Below are positions 1-8,014 of a stretch of DNA of 64,000 nucleotides, piece by piece. Location: the NCBI GenBank assembly GCA_963422735.1, contig OY730476.1:2208001-2272000 (forward strand), written 5' to 3'. Below the pieces are notes generated by a model. The model saw only the letters and a list, made by a program, of their open reading frames with translations. It ran no database searches and was not told the DNA's origin. A program made the position numbers and the translations under genes. Numbering within the stretch: position 1 is the first letter of the stretch; each line of letters starts with the position of its first letter. The DNA is from Candidatus Latescibacterota bacterium (GTDB lineage: Bacteria > Latescibacterota > UBA2968 > UBA8231).

Positions 1-1050
1 GTGACCCCGCACCTTGTCCGACGCATCGCCTAGTGCCCGCTGCAATGCTGGCATTGCTGGAGCACCCACCCGACCCATATCGCCCAAACTATCGACAGCG
101 GCTAGCCGCACGGCCGGATCTTCATCAGCGCAGGCTTGTGCTAGCGCTTCGACTGCGGCTGGGCCAGCTGCGGCCAAACCGTAGCCGGCGTTGCGTCGCA
201 CATGTTCTGGTCCTTGGCGCAAACAGTCGCTGAGCAGCCCCACGGCCGGCTCCTCAGCGCGACCGAGGGCATAGGCCGCCGCTTGACTTGCCGCCTCGGA
301 ATCGCCCATTAGCGCCTGTAGCAGCGCCGACCGCTCGCCGGTATCGACAACAAGGCATTCGGACCGGCCGCCGTACCATTCCCACATACTGTGCAACATG
401 GGTGCCTCGGCATGACCGTTCCCGGCCCAAGGTTCCCCGGTCGCGTCCCAACTAGGCCTGTCTGGCTCTTCGAGGCGGACGAAGAGAAATTTGACCATAT
501 AGCGATCCTGCTCGGTGCTATTGGGGGTGGCCCGGTGCCACAAGTCGTAGTGGACAATGGCGACCGTTCCAGCCTCTCCTGCAAGCGCGACTTCTCGCTC
601 CTCAGCGCCTTGGTCGAGGCGGTTGTGGTAGTGACTGCCGGGGACAACGCCGGTAGGGCCGCGCTCGGCCGGCGTGTCCTGCGGATAGTAAAAGGCCATC
701 GCCCAGCGCGGCCGGTGGTGCCGCCGGCTCCAGCTATCCTTGTGCAGCCTTTGCCCTTCCGAACCCGGCTTGTTGAAATGGCAGAAACGGTGCGGATGCA
801 AATAGTAGCCCGGTCCCAAGATACTAGTCAGGGCTCCCGCTACTTGGGGTTGGTCGAGTACCTGTTGCAAGTCGGGGACGCGGGGTAATAGGTTATTGCC
901 TGGATTGCCCTCGGCAGTCAAGACCTCCTCTATTTGCCCATAAATAGATTGGTGAGATTCCGGGGGCAAATCCGTTTCTACTACTGTATAGCCATTGGCG
1001 ATAAAAGACTGCATGCGGCTATCGTCCAACAAGATCGAGTCGGCACACAT
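1..1050 (-). CDS. PhyH-family Fe(II)/2OG dioxygenase fused to C-terminal HEAT/PBS-lyase repeats (runs off left edge)
   Basis: Not in ORF track. Manual translation from ATG 1050 (GAGGAG upstream) is open for 350 codons: MCADSILLDD..FIANGY..LHKD..GPTGVVPGSH..HYDLWH, then HEAT-like AAAYALG, VRRNAGYGL, DPAVRLAAVDSLGDMG. Confidence 0.88.
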   Translation of the reverse strand, partial: MCADSILLDDSRMQSFIANGYTVVETDLPPESHQSIYGQIEEVLTAEGNPGNNLLPRVPDLQQVLDQPQVAGALTSILGPGYYLHPHRFCHFNKPGSEGQRLHKDSWSRRHHRPRWAMAFYYPQDTPAERGPTGVVPGSHYHNRLDQGAEEREVALAGEAGTVAIVHYDLWHRATPNSTEQDRYMVKFLFVRLEEPDRPSWDATGEPWAGNGHAEAPMLHSMWEWYGGRSECLVVDTGERSALLQALMGDSEAASQAAAYALGRAEEPAVGLLSDCLRQGPEHVRRNAGYGLAAAGPAAVEALAQACADEDPAVRLAAVDSLGDMGRVGAPAMPALQRALGDASDKVRGH

Positions 1051-1065
1051 AGCAAAGCTCCTCGT

Positions 1066-1908
1066 TTAGTGGATGAAAGCGTCGCCCGGCATCCGATTCC
1101 AAGGGACGGGTAGAGCACTACCTTCATAGTCGGGCAAAAGATCGGCAACCCGTGCTCTGGCTTCGTCGTCCCAGCCAACCCATTCGCGGGGGCGGGCGAT
1201 AGCGGCGCGGAGGCCGTTGGAGAGCAGGTCGAAGTAAGGGAAATACCACAGGGTAATGACGGTGCGACGCTGGGCCGATTTGTTGGCATGAGCCGAGTGC
1301 AACAGCCGTGCGTCGCCGATGACCACATCGCCCGCCGCCACGGGTACATCCACCTCTTCGGGAATCGACTGATAAGCCGGATGATCGGGATCGGCCACGC
1401 GGCGGAGTTCGTCGGTGTGGGCGTTGGGCACCTCGTCGTGCATGCGGTGGCGTTTTAGATGCGAGCCGCGCAATAGGCGCAGACAGCCGTTGTGGGGCGT
1501 GGTATCGACGAGGTAATACATCAGAAAAAGCTGCTGGGGCAAGGGCGTATAGCTCGAAGGATCGTCCCAGCCCCACCAGTCCTGATGCCAGAAGAGCGCC
1601 GGGCTGTTGGGCGGTTTGCTGATGACGTAGCCGGACATCCACCGAGGGCGCAGAAAGCCCAAGGTTTCGAGAGCGGCGCGGGCGAACGGATAGGCGACGA
1701 GTTCGGCGAAGATGGGGTGGACACCGACATCGATCATGCTGCCGGTGGAGCGCTGTTGGGCGCGGGTTTCTTCGCCTTGGGCATCGAGGAGTTGGTCGGT
1801 GACTTGGCGCAGGCGGTGGAGGATGTCGGGGTCGAGGACCTCTTCTATCAAGCAGTAGCCATCGCGGATGAGTTGGTCGAAGCTTTCTTTAGGGGCTTGT
1901 TGAGACAT
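1066..1908 (-). CDS. PhyH-family dioxygenase
   Basis: RDGY, WHQD, NGCLRLLRGSH, RLLHSAHAN motifs; start chosen at MSQQ (AGGA upstream). Confidence 0.9.
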   Translation of the reverse strand: MSQQAPKESFDQLIRDGYCLIEEVLDPDILHRLRQVTDQLLDAQGEETRAQQRSTGSMIDVGVHPIFAELVAYPFARAALETLGFLRPRWMSGYVISKPPNSPALFWHQDWWGWDDPSSYTPLPQQLFLMYYLVDTTPHNGCLRLLRGSHLKRHRMHDEVPNAHTDELRRVADPDHPAYQSIPEEVDVPVAAGDVVIGDARLLHSAHANKSAQRRTVITLWYFPYFDLLSNGLRAAIARPREWVGWDDEARARVADLLPDYEGSALPVPWNRMPGDAFIH

Positions 1909-2144
1909 CGGCGGCATTCCTGTCGTGTCGATGGTAGGCAACGTAAGGATCAGTCAGGCATTGTCCACAAAGCAGCCGACGCTATCCGGCCAGCATTTTG
2001 GCGCGGGTCGCCGCCTCTCGTGGTACATTGGCCCCTATTATGAGGGATTATGTTGAAAGCGAATTCGAGCATTGGGAAGCGTAATGCCGACAAGGCGGCT
2101 GTCGCGATAGTGGTAGAAATGGCGGGACAGGATTCCAAAACGAA

Positions 2145-2804
2145 CTAAAAATGGAGCGTCAGTCTGGTTCCCAATCTTTTATGAGAAACGACCGGATCGA
2201 CACCAAGCGTAGCCCGGCTGCCGCCAAGCTCAATCAGATGTCCGTAAGAAGGCTGATGACTTTGCTGATTGATGCTGTTGGCAGAGATTAGTGCATCAAT
2301 CATTGACCATAGAGTGCTGCCAGAATAAAGAAGAACCCCAAAGCCAATCTTCCAATTATCATCATCAACATCGACCGTATAACCATCTTCGTCTTCTTTA
2401 TCATCCCCTCTAGCAGTGGACCAAAGTCTTGCACCTACTATTGCGGCACCGAATTGAGTCAGTCCCTTTTTGAACTGACTATTATAGAATTGTCCGGCTC
2501 CAGGAATAATAGATAGGCCAAAAGCCATCCAAGGATTTTTCTTTTTAGCCCTAATATGCCCTCTCATCCCCATCACAGGTTCCTTGGATATTTTGGCAAT
2601 CTCATCCATCGTATATGATGATATGATGAATACATCTCCATCTCGCGTCTGTATCTTCAGCGATTCGCCCGGAATTTGCTCAATGATAATTCCGCGAACG
2701 AGTCCGCCATTTTTTAAGTGGACGACATCTTCCATTTGCTGGGCGGACACTTGCGAGGCCATCACGAAAGCCGTCAGGCACGTGAGCAGAATAAAACGCT
2801 GCAT
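2145..2804 (-). CDS. Exported/membrane hypothetical protein (DUF5683/TM2-like C-terminal half)
   Basis: Signal peptide ..SQVSA, DVVHLKNG..RGIIIEQIPG motif, KNPWMAFGLSIIPGAGQFYN; GGAGG RBS; lower GC. Confidence 0.7.
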   Translation of the reverse strand: MQRFILLTCLTAFVMASQVSAQQMEDVVHLKNGGLVRGIIIEQIPGESLKIQTRDGDVFIISSYTMDEIAKISKEPVMGMRGHIRAKKKNPWMAFGLSIIPGAGQFYNSQFKKGLTQFGAAIVGARLWSTARGDDKEDEDGYTVDVDDDNWKIGFGVLLYSGSTLWSMIDALISANSINQQSHQPSYGHLIELGGSRATLGVDPVVSHKRLGTRLTLHF

Positions 2805-2865
2805 GTTTTCCTCCTATTTGGTTGCGGCGAATTTTCGCCAAGGTTCGGACTTTGATTGCGATTCT

Positions 2866-3723
2866 CTAACCGGCCAGCATCTCCCCTTGGCGCGAGCGTT
2901 CCTGCAAGTCGTAGAGCGAGGAAATGGCGTCCTTGTACAGCGGGATGGGAAAGGACCGGTCCTCAAAGTGCGCTGCGTGCGCGAACCGGCCGCGCACTAG
3001 ACGCGCATTGGCTTCGGTCTTGTAGGTCATCTCTCCGGTGTAGATTGGGAAAGCATCGGCGGCGCGGTAGCTGAGAATCAGGGTGCGCCGCGGCTTGGCG
3101 GAGACGTTGGCGATGGAAGCATGGGGGGTCATCGCATGCATGAAGATGACCGCGCCCGCCGCGCCGGCAATCGGCACGGCTAGCGATTGATCAACCTCTT
3201 CGGTAACCCGGCCTTGAAAAAAGCCGTCGGTGCTGTGCGACAGCAGGTCACTCTGATGGCGGCGGGGGATGACTTGCAGACAGCCGTTTTCGACAGTGGC
3301 GTCGTCGAGATAAAAGAGAATACTCACCGAACCGCGATGGGTCAGCGGGTAGTAGGAAAGGTCTTGGTGCCACTCAACAGACGAGCCGACGCCGGCCGGT
3401 TTCATGTTGATCTTGCTGTAGTGGAAGACCAAGTCCGGGCCGAGCAGGGCCTCGACCGCGTCGAGGAGGTGCTCCGACTCGGAGAATTCCCGGAAGACCT
3501 CGTAGTGGCTGCAAGGCTCGTACAGGCGGCGAACCTGCGCGCCGTCGGGAGGCTGGTTGGGCTCCATCTCCATGCGAGTAGCGTCGTGTTTGGCGAGTGT
3601 ATTGCCAGCCCTAACGGCGTCTATCTCGCGCAGGAAGGCCGCGATATCTTCGGCCCTGAGGAAGCCGGGGATAGCGGCGTACCCTTCGGTTTGGTAGTGT
3701 TCGACTTGTGCGGTGGTCAACAT
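2866..3723 (-). CDS. PhyH-family dioxygenase
   Basis: Start MLTTAQVEHYQTEGY after GGAGG; KINMK, WHQD, NGCLQVIP, TPHAS. Confidence 0.9.
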   Translation of the reverse strand: MLTTAQVEHYQTEGYAAIPGFLRAEDIAAFLREIDAVRAGNTLAKHDATRMEMEPNQPPDGAQVRRLYEPCSHYEVFREFSESEHLLDAVEALLGPDLVFHYSKINMKPAGVGSSVEWHQDLSYYPLTHRGSVSILFYLDDATVENGCLQVIPRRHQSDLLSHSTDGFFQGRVTEEVDQSLAVPIAGAAGAVIFMHAMTPHASIANVSAKPRRTLILSYRAADAFPIYTGEMTYKTEANARLVRGRFAHAAHFEDRSFPIPLYKDAISSLYDLQERSRQGEMLAG

Positions 3724-3737
3724 GGGTCGGTTCCTCC

Positions 3738-4481
3738 TTACCATTTCTCTATAGCACCCATTAGCATTTTCTGCTGGTCGGTACCCGTTGCGCGGACTTT
3801 CTGCGCGAAGGGGCCGTCGAAGGGCTCGCGGGATTTCATCCAGGCAGTCTGGTAGCACATCAGGCAGACGCGGCGGCACACCAACGACTGGTTGGCCGCG
3901 CCACGGTGGTAGAGGCAGCCGTCGAACATCACCGCCCGACCCGGCCGGGCGAAAACCCATTTCTCCTCCGGGAAGCGCGGATGACCGTCGGGCGGGCGAA
4001 AGGGAGCGCGGTGGCTGCCGGGGACGATGACGATGGCACCGTTGTCCTCGTCTAATTCGTCCAAGTAATAGCCGCAGTTGATCTGGCCGGGCAGCGCGCC
4101 GTAGGGCGTGCCGTCGGGATCGATGGGCCAAGGCACGTCGCGGTGCCAATTCTGGTCCTCCTGCCCCGGCGCGGTGACGCGGGCGGTAGCACTGTGGAGC
4201 TGGACGCAGGTGCCCAGAATTGCCTGCATCCTTTCGAGTACGGGCGGGTTGTCAAGCAGGAAGGCGAAAGCCTCGTCTTCTTCGAGAAGCTGGTGGATAA
4301 ACTGCTCCCCGGTCCCGCGCGTGAAGGCCGCATCGAGAGCCGTGCGCAGGGTCTCGACCTGTGCCTCGGTGATGGCGTCTTCGACGACGAGATAGCCCCA
4401 CTTGCGGAAGAAGGCCACCTCCTCGGCGATTGCGGGTGTCAGTTTGGGATTGAGGTGCTGTGGGTAGGGCGGTTGCGTCAT
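3738..4481 (-). CDS. PhyH-family dioxygenase
   Basis: FFRKWGY, WHRD, NGAIVIVPGSH, LYHRG. Confidence 0.9.
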   Translation of the reverse strand: MTQPPYPQHLNPKLTPAIAEEVAFFRKWGYLVVEDAITEAQVETLRTALDAAFTRGTGEQFIHQLLEEDEAFAFLLDNPPVLERMQAILGTCVQLHSATARVTAPGQEDQNWHRDVPWPIDPDGTPYGALPGQINCGYYLDELDEDNGAIVIVPGSHRAPFRPPDGHPRFPEEKWVFARPGRAVMFDGCLYHRGAANQSLVCRRVCLMCYQTAWMKSREPFDGPFAQKVRATGTDQQKMLMGAIEKW

Positions 4482-4652
4482 AGTTTGGGTCGTGCTTTAA
4501 GGTATGTTCGACTGGTCTTGCTGATGATGAGACGATTCCTTATATAAACAGTATTCTTATCATCTTCTGCAAGCTAGAAACAACTTCTTCTCACCAAGCT
4601 ACACGGGGCAGACCGCCGTACCGCGGCCCCCATAAGGAAAGGAGCATTACAA

Positions 4653-4829
4653 ATGATTGTTTGGGGTCATATCAAAGATAATCAAATTCTCATTGACGGA
4701 AATATCCAACTCCCCGATGAAATCCGGGTCGAAATTCGAGTCCCTGATGAAACCATGACGCAGGAATCCGGGTTGTGCGGTATTTGGAAGGATTCCCGAG
4801 AGGCTAAAGAAATTGTCGAGAACGCTTGA
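4653..4829 (+). CDS. Putative antitoxin, 58 aa
   Basis: AAGGAG RBS; MIVWGHIKDNQILIDGNIQLPDEIRVEIRV..GLCGIWKD..; lies directly upstream of a PIN gene. Confidence 0.6.
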   Translation: MIVWGHIKDNQILIDGNIQLPDEIRVEIRVPDETMTQESGLCGIWKDSREAKEIVENA

Positions 4830-4847
4830 GAAAGATGTAACGCTTTA

Positions 4848-5249
4848 ATGTATTTGCTCGATACAGACGCGATCATTTATTAGCGTAACGGAAATCAGGA
4901 GATTGAACGAATAGCCCAGTCTGTCGGCCTAGACAGTATATACTACGCGATCATTTCAAAGGTAAAACTTTACTTTGGTGCTTACAATTCCAGTTATGTT
5001 CAACAGAATCTTTCTAACATTCAAACCTCATCCCAAAAGCTGTCCATGCGCCCTTTCGATGACAAAGCTGCTAACCGCTTTGGCCGAATCAAATCCGAGC
5101 TAAAAAAGAGGGGCGACATTCTTCCCGATGCGGACATCATGATCGTTTCCATTGCATTCGCCAATAATCTCACGTTGGTGACGAACAGGCTGAAGCACTT
5201 TGCAAGAATTCGCGATCTCAGGCTGAAAACTGGATTTGATTTTTGCTAA
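4848..5249 (+). pseudogene. vapC: VapC PIN toxin pseudogene
   Basis: MYLLDTDAIIY*(TAG 4881-4883), in frame with FDDKAANRFGRIKSELKKRG..DADIMI..LTLVTN; the conserved Glu position reads Lys (SKVKLYFG). Confidence 0.85.
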
Positions 5250-5301
5250 TCGCTTCGCTTACTGTCGATTCGCCAATCCACAATCTACAAAGGAGCGATC
5301 C

Positions 5302-7059
5302 ATGAGCTATCTAAACCCCCGCGCCATTGCCATTGACACTCCGATGCCGCCGCCCGCTTGGGCGCTGCTCGAATGGGAACTGATTCGGGCGCAAACGAGG
5401 GGATGCACAGAATTTTTCGACAAGTACTTCGACGAGCGGGGCTATTTGGAGTGCCTCCCGCGCTGGGGTGGCAACGACGGCCCGGACGACGCCATCGAGA
5501 ATTTGGTCCACTGGCCAGTACTCTACGTATTGGGAGGCGGAGCCCATCTGTACGATATGTGCCAGTTGGCTTGGGAGGGACATCTCAAGCAATACACCGA
5601 GGCCAAGACCACGGAGGTGCCCTTTGCCCGGGACGGGATGTACTATCGCGAATTTCCGGTGATGTTCGACTGGGTACACAACGGGGAAGGGCTGACTACG
5701 TTCAACCTGCACGGGTTGATGAATCCACGCGAGCAGGCATTTGAGCAGCGGGTGCGGCGCTACGCCGGATTTTACATGGGCCACGACCCACAGGCACCCA
5801 ACTACGATCCCGAACACAAAATCATCAAGAGCCTGTTCAATGGCAGCCGCGGGCCGCTGCTGCGCAAGGCCACGGCACTCGATTGGGCCGGCGACCCGCT
5901 CAATGAGGTCGAGGAGCGCTTTATTCCCCTGCACGGAGAGCGCAACTTCGAGGAGATGCTGGCCCATTTCAAAGACTACACCGACATCGTCGGCGATCAT
6001 CCGCAGAACATGGTGGCGACGGCCTTGGGGCTGAACGCGTACGCGCTGACGGGCGAGGGCCAATACAAGGACTGGGTGCTCGAATACATCGAGGCCTGGC
6101 GGCAGCGAACGCTGGCCAACGACGGGATCCTCCCCACTAATATCGGACTCGATGGGACTATCGGCGGCGAGTGCGACGGCAAGTGGTACGGAGGATGTTA
6201 CGGCTGGGCCTTTACGGTCGAGGTGCCCCAGACTGGGGAGCTGGCCAGCCGCAACACGCACGGGCTGGGGATTTCGGGCTTTGGCAACGCGCTGTTGCTG
6301 TCGGGCGAACAGCAATTCGTCGATGTGTGGCGGCAGATGATCGACAAAATCAACGCCAATGGGCAAGCAATCGACGGGCAGATGATGTATCCGCAGATGT
6401 ACGGGGACGAGGGCTGGTACGAGTTTCGGCCGGGCCCCTACGCGCAAGGAGCGCAAGAGGTGTACTACTGGTCGATGAACCGGGCCGATCTGAGCCGGCT
6501 AAACGCGGACAGTGGCTGGTTTGGCTTCTTGGAGGGATGCGACCCCACCTATCCGGAAGCTGCTCTACAGGCCGACTTTGCCCGCCTTCGCGATCAGATG
6601 GACAAGGTGCGCCGCGACCCGACGACGCCGGACACTCGGCTTTCGGACAATCCCAACCCATTCAACCCGGCCATTCCGGGCGGGCTGACCCAGCTCATGT
6701 TGGGCGGACTGACGCCGCGCCACGGCTCGCCGCTGCACTGCCGGGTGCGCTACTTCGATCCGCAGGCCGGGCGGGCGGGGATGCCCGAGGGCGTAGGGGC
6801 ACTGGTGCAGCGACTAAGCGCGGACTCCATGACGCTGACGCTGGTAAACACAGACCCAGTGGCCGGGCGAGAAGTGATCGTACAGGGCGGAGCCTATGCC
6901 GAGCACCAGTTTACGAGTGTGCGCGTGGGTGGGAAGGAAACCGCGATAGACGACTCGGCCTTTGTAGTGGAACTAGCGCCGGGGGCCGGGGAAACGCTGG
7001 AAATAGGGATGCGGCGCTATGTCAATGGGCCGACGTTTGCGTTTCCGTGGGATCGGTAG
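5302..7059 (+). CDS. Uncharacterised ~585 aa protein, probably an enzyme
   Basis: AAGGAG RBS, long GC3-biased ORF; acidic/aromatic motifs WGGNDGPDDAIEN, FDWVHNGEG; no family recognised. Confidence 0.8.
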   Translation: MSYLNPRAIAIDTPMPPPAWALLEWELIRAQTRGCTEFFDKYFDERGYLECLPRWGGNDGPDDAIENLVHWPVLYVLGGGAHLYDMCQLAWEGHLKQYTEAKTTEVPFARDGMYYREFPVMFDWVHNGEGLTTFNLHGLMNPREQAFEQRVRRYAGFYMGHDPQAPNYDPEHKIIKSLFNGSRGPLLRKATALDWAGDPLNEVEERFIPLHGERNFEEMLAHFKDYTDIVGDHPQNMVATALGLNAYALTGEGQYKDWVLEYIEAWRQRTLANDGILPTNIGLDGTIGGECDGKWYGGCYGWAFTVEVPQTGELASRNTHGLGISGFGNALLLSGEQQFVDVWRQMIDKINANGQAIDGQMMYPQMYGDEGWYEFRPGPYAQGAQEVYYWSMNRADLSRLNADSGWFGFLEGCDPTYPEAALQADFARLRDQMDKVRRDPTTPDTRLSDNPNPFNPAIPGGLTQLMLGGLTPRHGSPLHCRVRYFDPQAGRAGMPEGVGALVQRLSADSMTLTLVNTDPVAGREVIVQGGAYAEHQFTSVRVGGKETAIDDSAFVVELAPGAGETLEIGMRRYVNGPTFAFPWDR

Positions 7060-7064
7060 TGCTG

Positions 7065-7345
7065 CTTCAGTAAGCAACCGCAAAGGCGCACTCGACGCTC
7101 TGCTCTTGGGGTCCCCTTTGATCCGCAAGCCCGCGATGTACGCGCCGGGCACTACGCGTTTGCCGGCGTAGTCTCTCCCATCCCAGACAAATCGCAAAGG
7201 CTCAGGCACAGCTTGACGACGTGAACTGAGAGGCGCAGCTCGTCGTTGATCCCGTCGCCGTTAGGCGTGCCGGCGGGTGTGTTGAGCACCAAGTTTTTGA
7301 GTACATCGCCACCAACTGAAAAGCGGACGACGTCGGACCTTGCGA
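7065..7345 (-). pseudogene. Remnant of an FlgD Ig-like C-terminal domain gene
   Basis: TPNGDGINDELRLS..CDLSG / FVWDGRDYAGKRVVPGAYIAGLRIKGD in two frames; homologous to C-terminus of 58779-61082. Confidence 0.75.
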
Positions 7346-7466
7346 GCTGGCCTTGCTTTCGTCTATCATTGCTTTAACGCGAGGAGGTACAGATGGCACA
7401 CCGCAGCTTCTTAGAAGAAGGTGGCCCTGCTTCCATTGTGAACCGTTTTAACGCAAGAAGACATAG

Positions 7467-7835
7467 ATGGCGCACATTCATACTGCTAAAATCGAGGATC
7501 CGGACTTCGTCGAAACCTATACTGCCTGCATCCAACAAAACGGCGACGGTTGGATGGGATGGATACGGGGTGTCCCAGAGGTAAAGTGCGAAGAAAGGAC
7601 GAGAGAAAGCCTGTTGAAAATCCTCGAATACGAGCCCCACAAAACCTTGGTCGCCGAGTGGGAAGCATGGAGTGCGCAGTTTGAGGAAGACGTGAAGGCG
7701 GGACGGCTCGATCCGCTGCGGGAGGAAGCCCTTGATGATTTGCGGGCAGGCAGGTGTAGCGTTATAACGCTACCTGCTATCAAAAACTTCCACGAAAAAT
7801 TCAACAACTCGCCGACGAGAAATTTGAACTACTAA
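7467..7835 (+). CDS. Antitoxin-like protein: HicB-like N-terminus plus FEEDVKAGRLD..EEAL helix; native stop apparently lost
   Basis: YTACIQQNGDGWMGWIRGVPEV..RTRESLL; reads through into the downstream toxin remnant. Confidence 0.6.
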   Translation: MAHIHTAKIEDPDFVETYTACIQQNGDGWMGWIRGVPEVKCEERTRESLLKILEYEPHKTLVAEWEAWSAQFEEDVKAGRLDPLREEALDDLRAGRCSVITLPAIKNFHEKFNNSPTRNLNY

Positions 7836-7996
7836 AGCAAAATCCAAGAAACCCATCCCTGCGTTTGAAAAAGGTCGGTCCGCATTGGGCTGCCCGCATC
7901 AACAGAGACTACCGAGCATTGGCAATCGAAGATGGGAATATGTTAATCTGGGTGTGGATTGGAAAACACGACGGATACGCAAGACGGCTTAGCTGA
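7760..7996 (+). pseudogene. RelE/ParE-like toxin lacking its N-terminus
   Basis: Frame without start codon: CYQKLPRKIQQLADEKFELLKQNPRNPSLRLKKVGPHWAARINRDYRALAIEDGNMLIWVWIGKHDGY. Confidence 0.75.
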
Positions 7997-8014
7997 GACC
8001 GCTCCCTTCGCATC

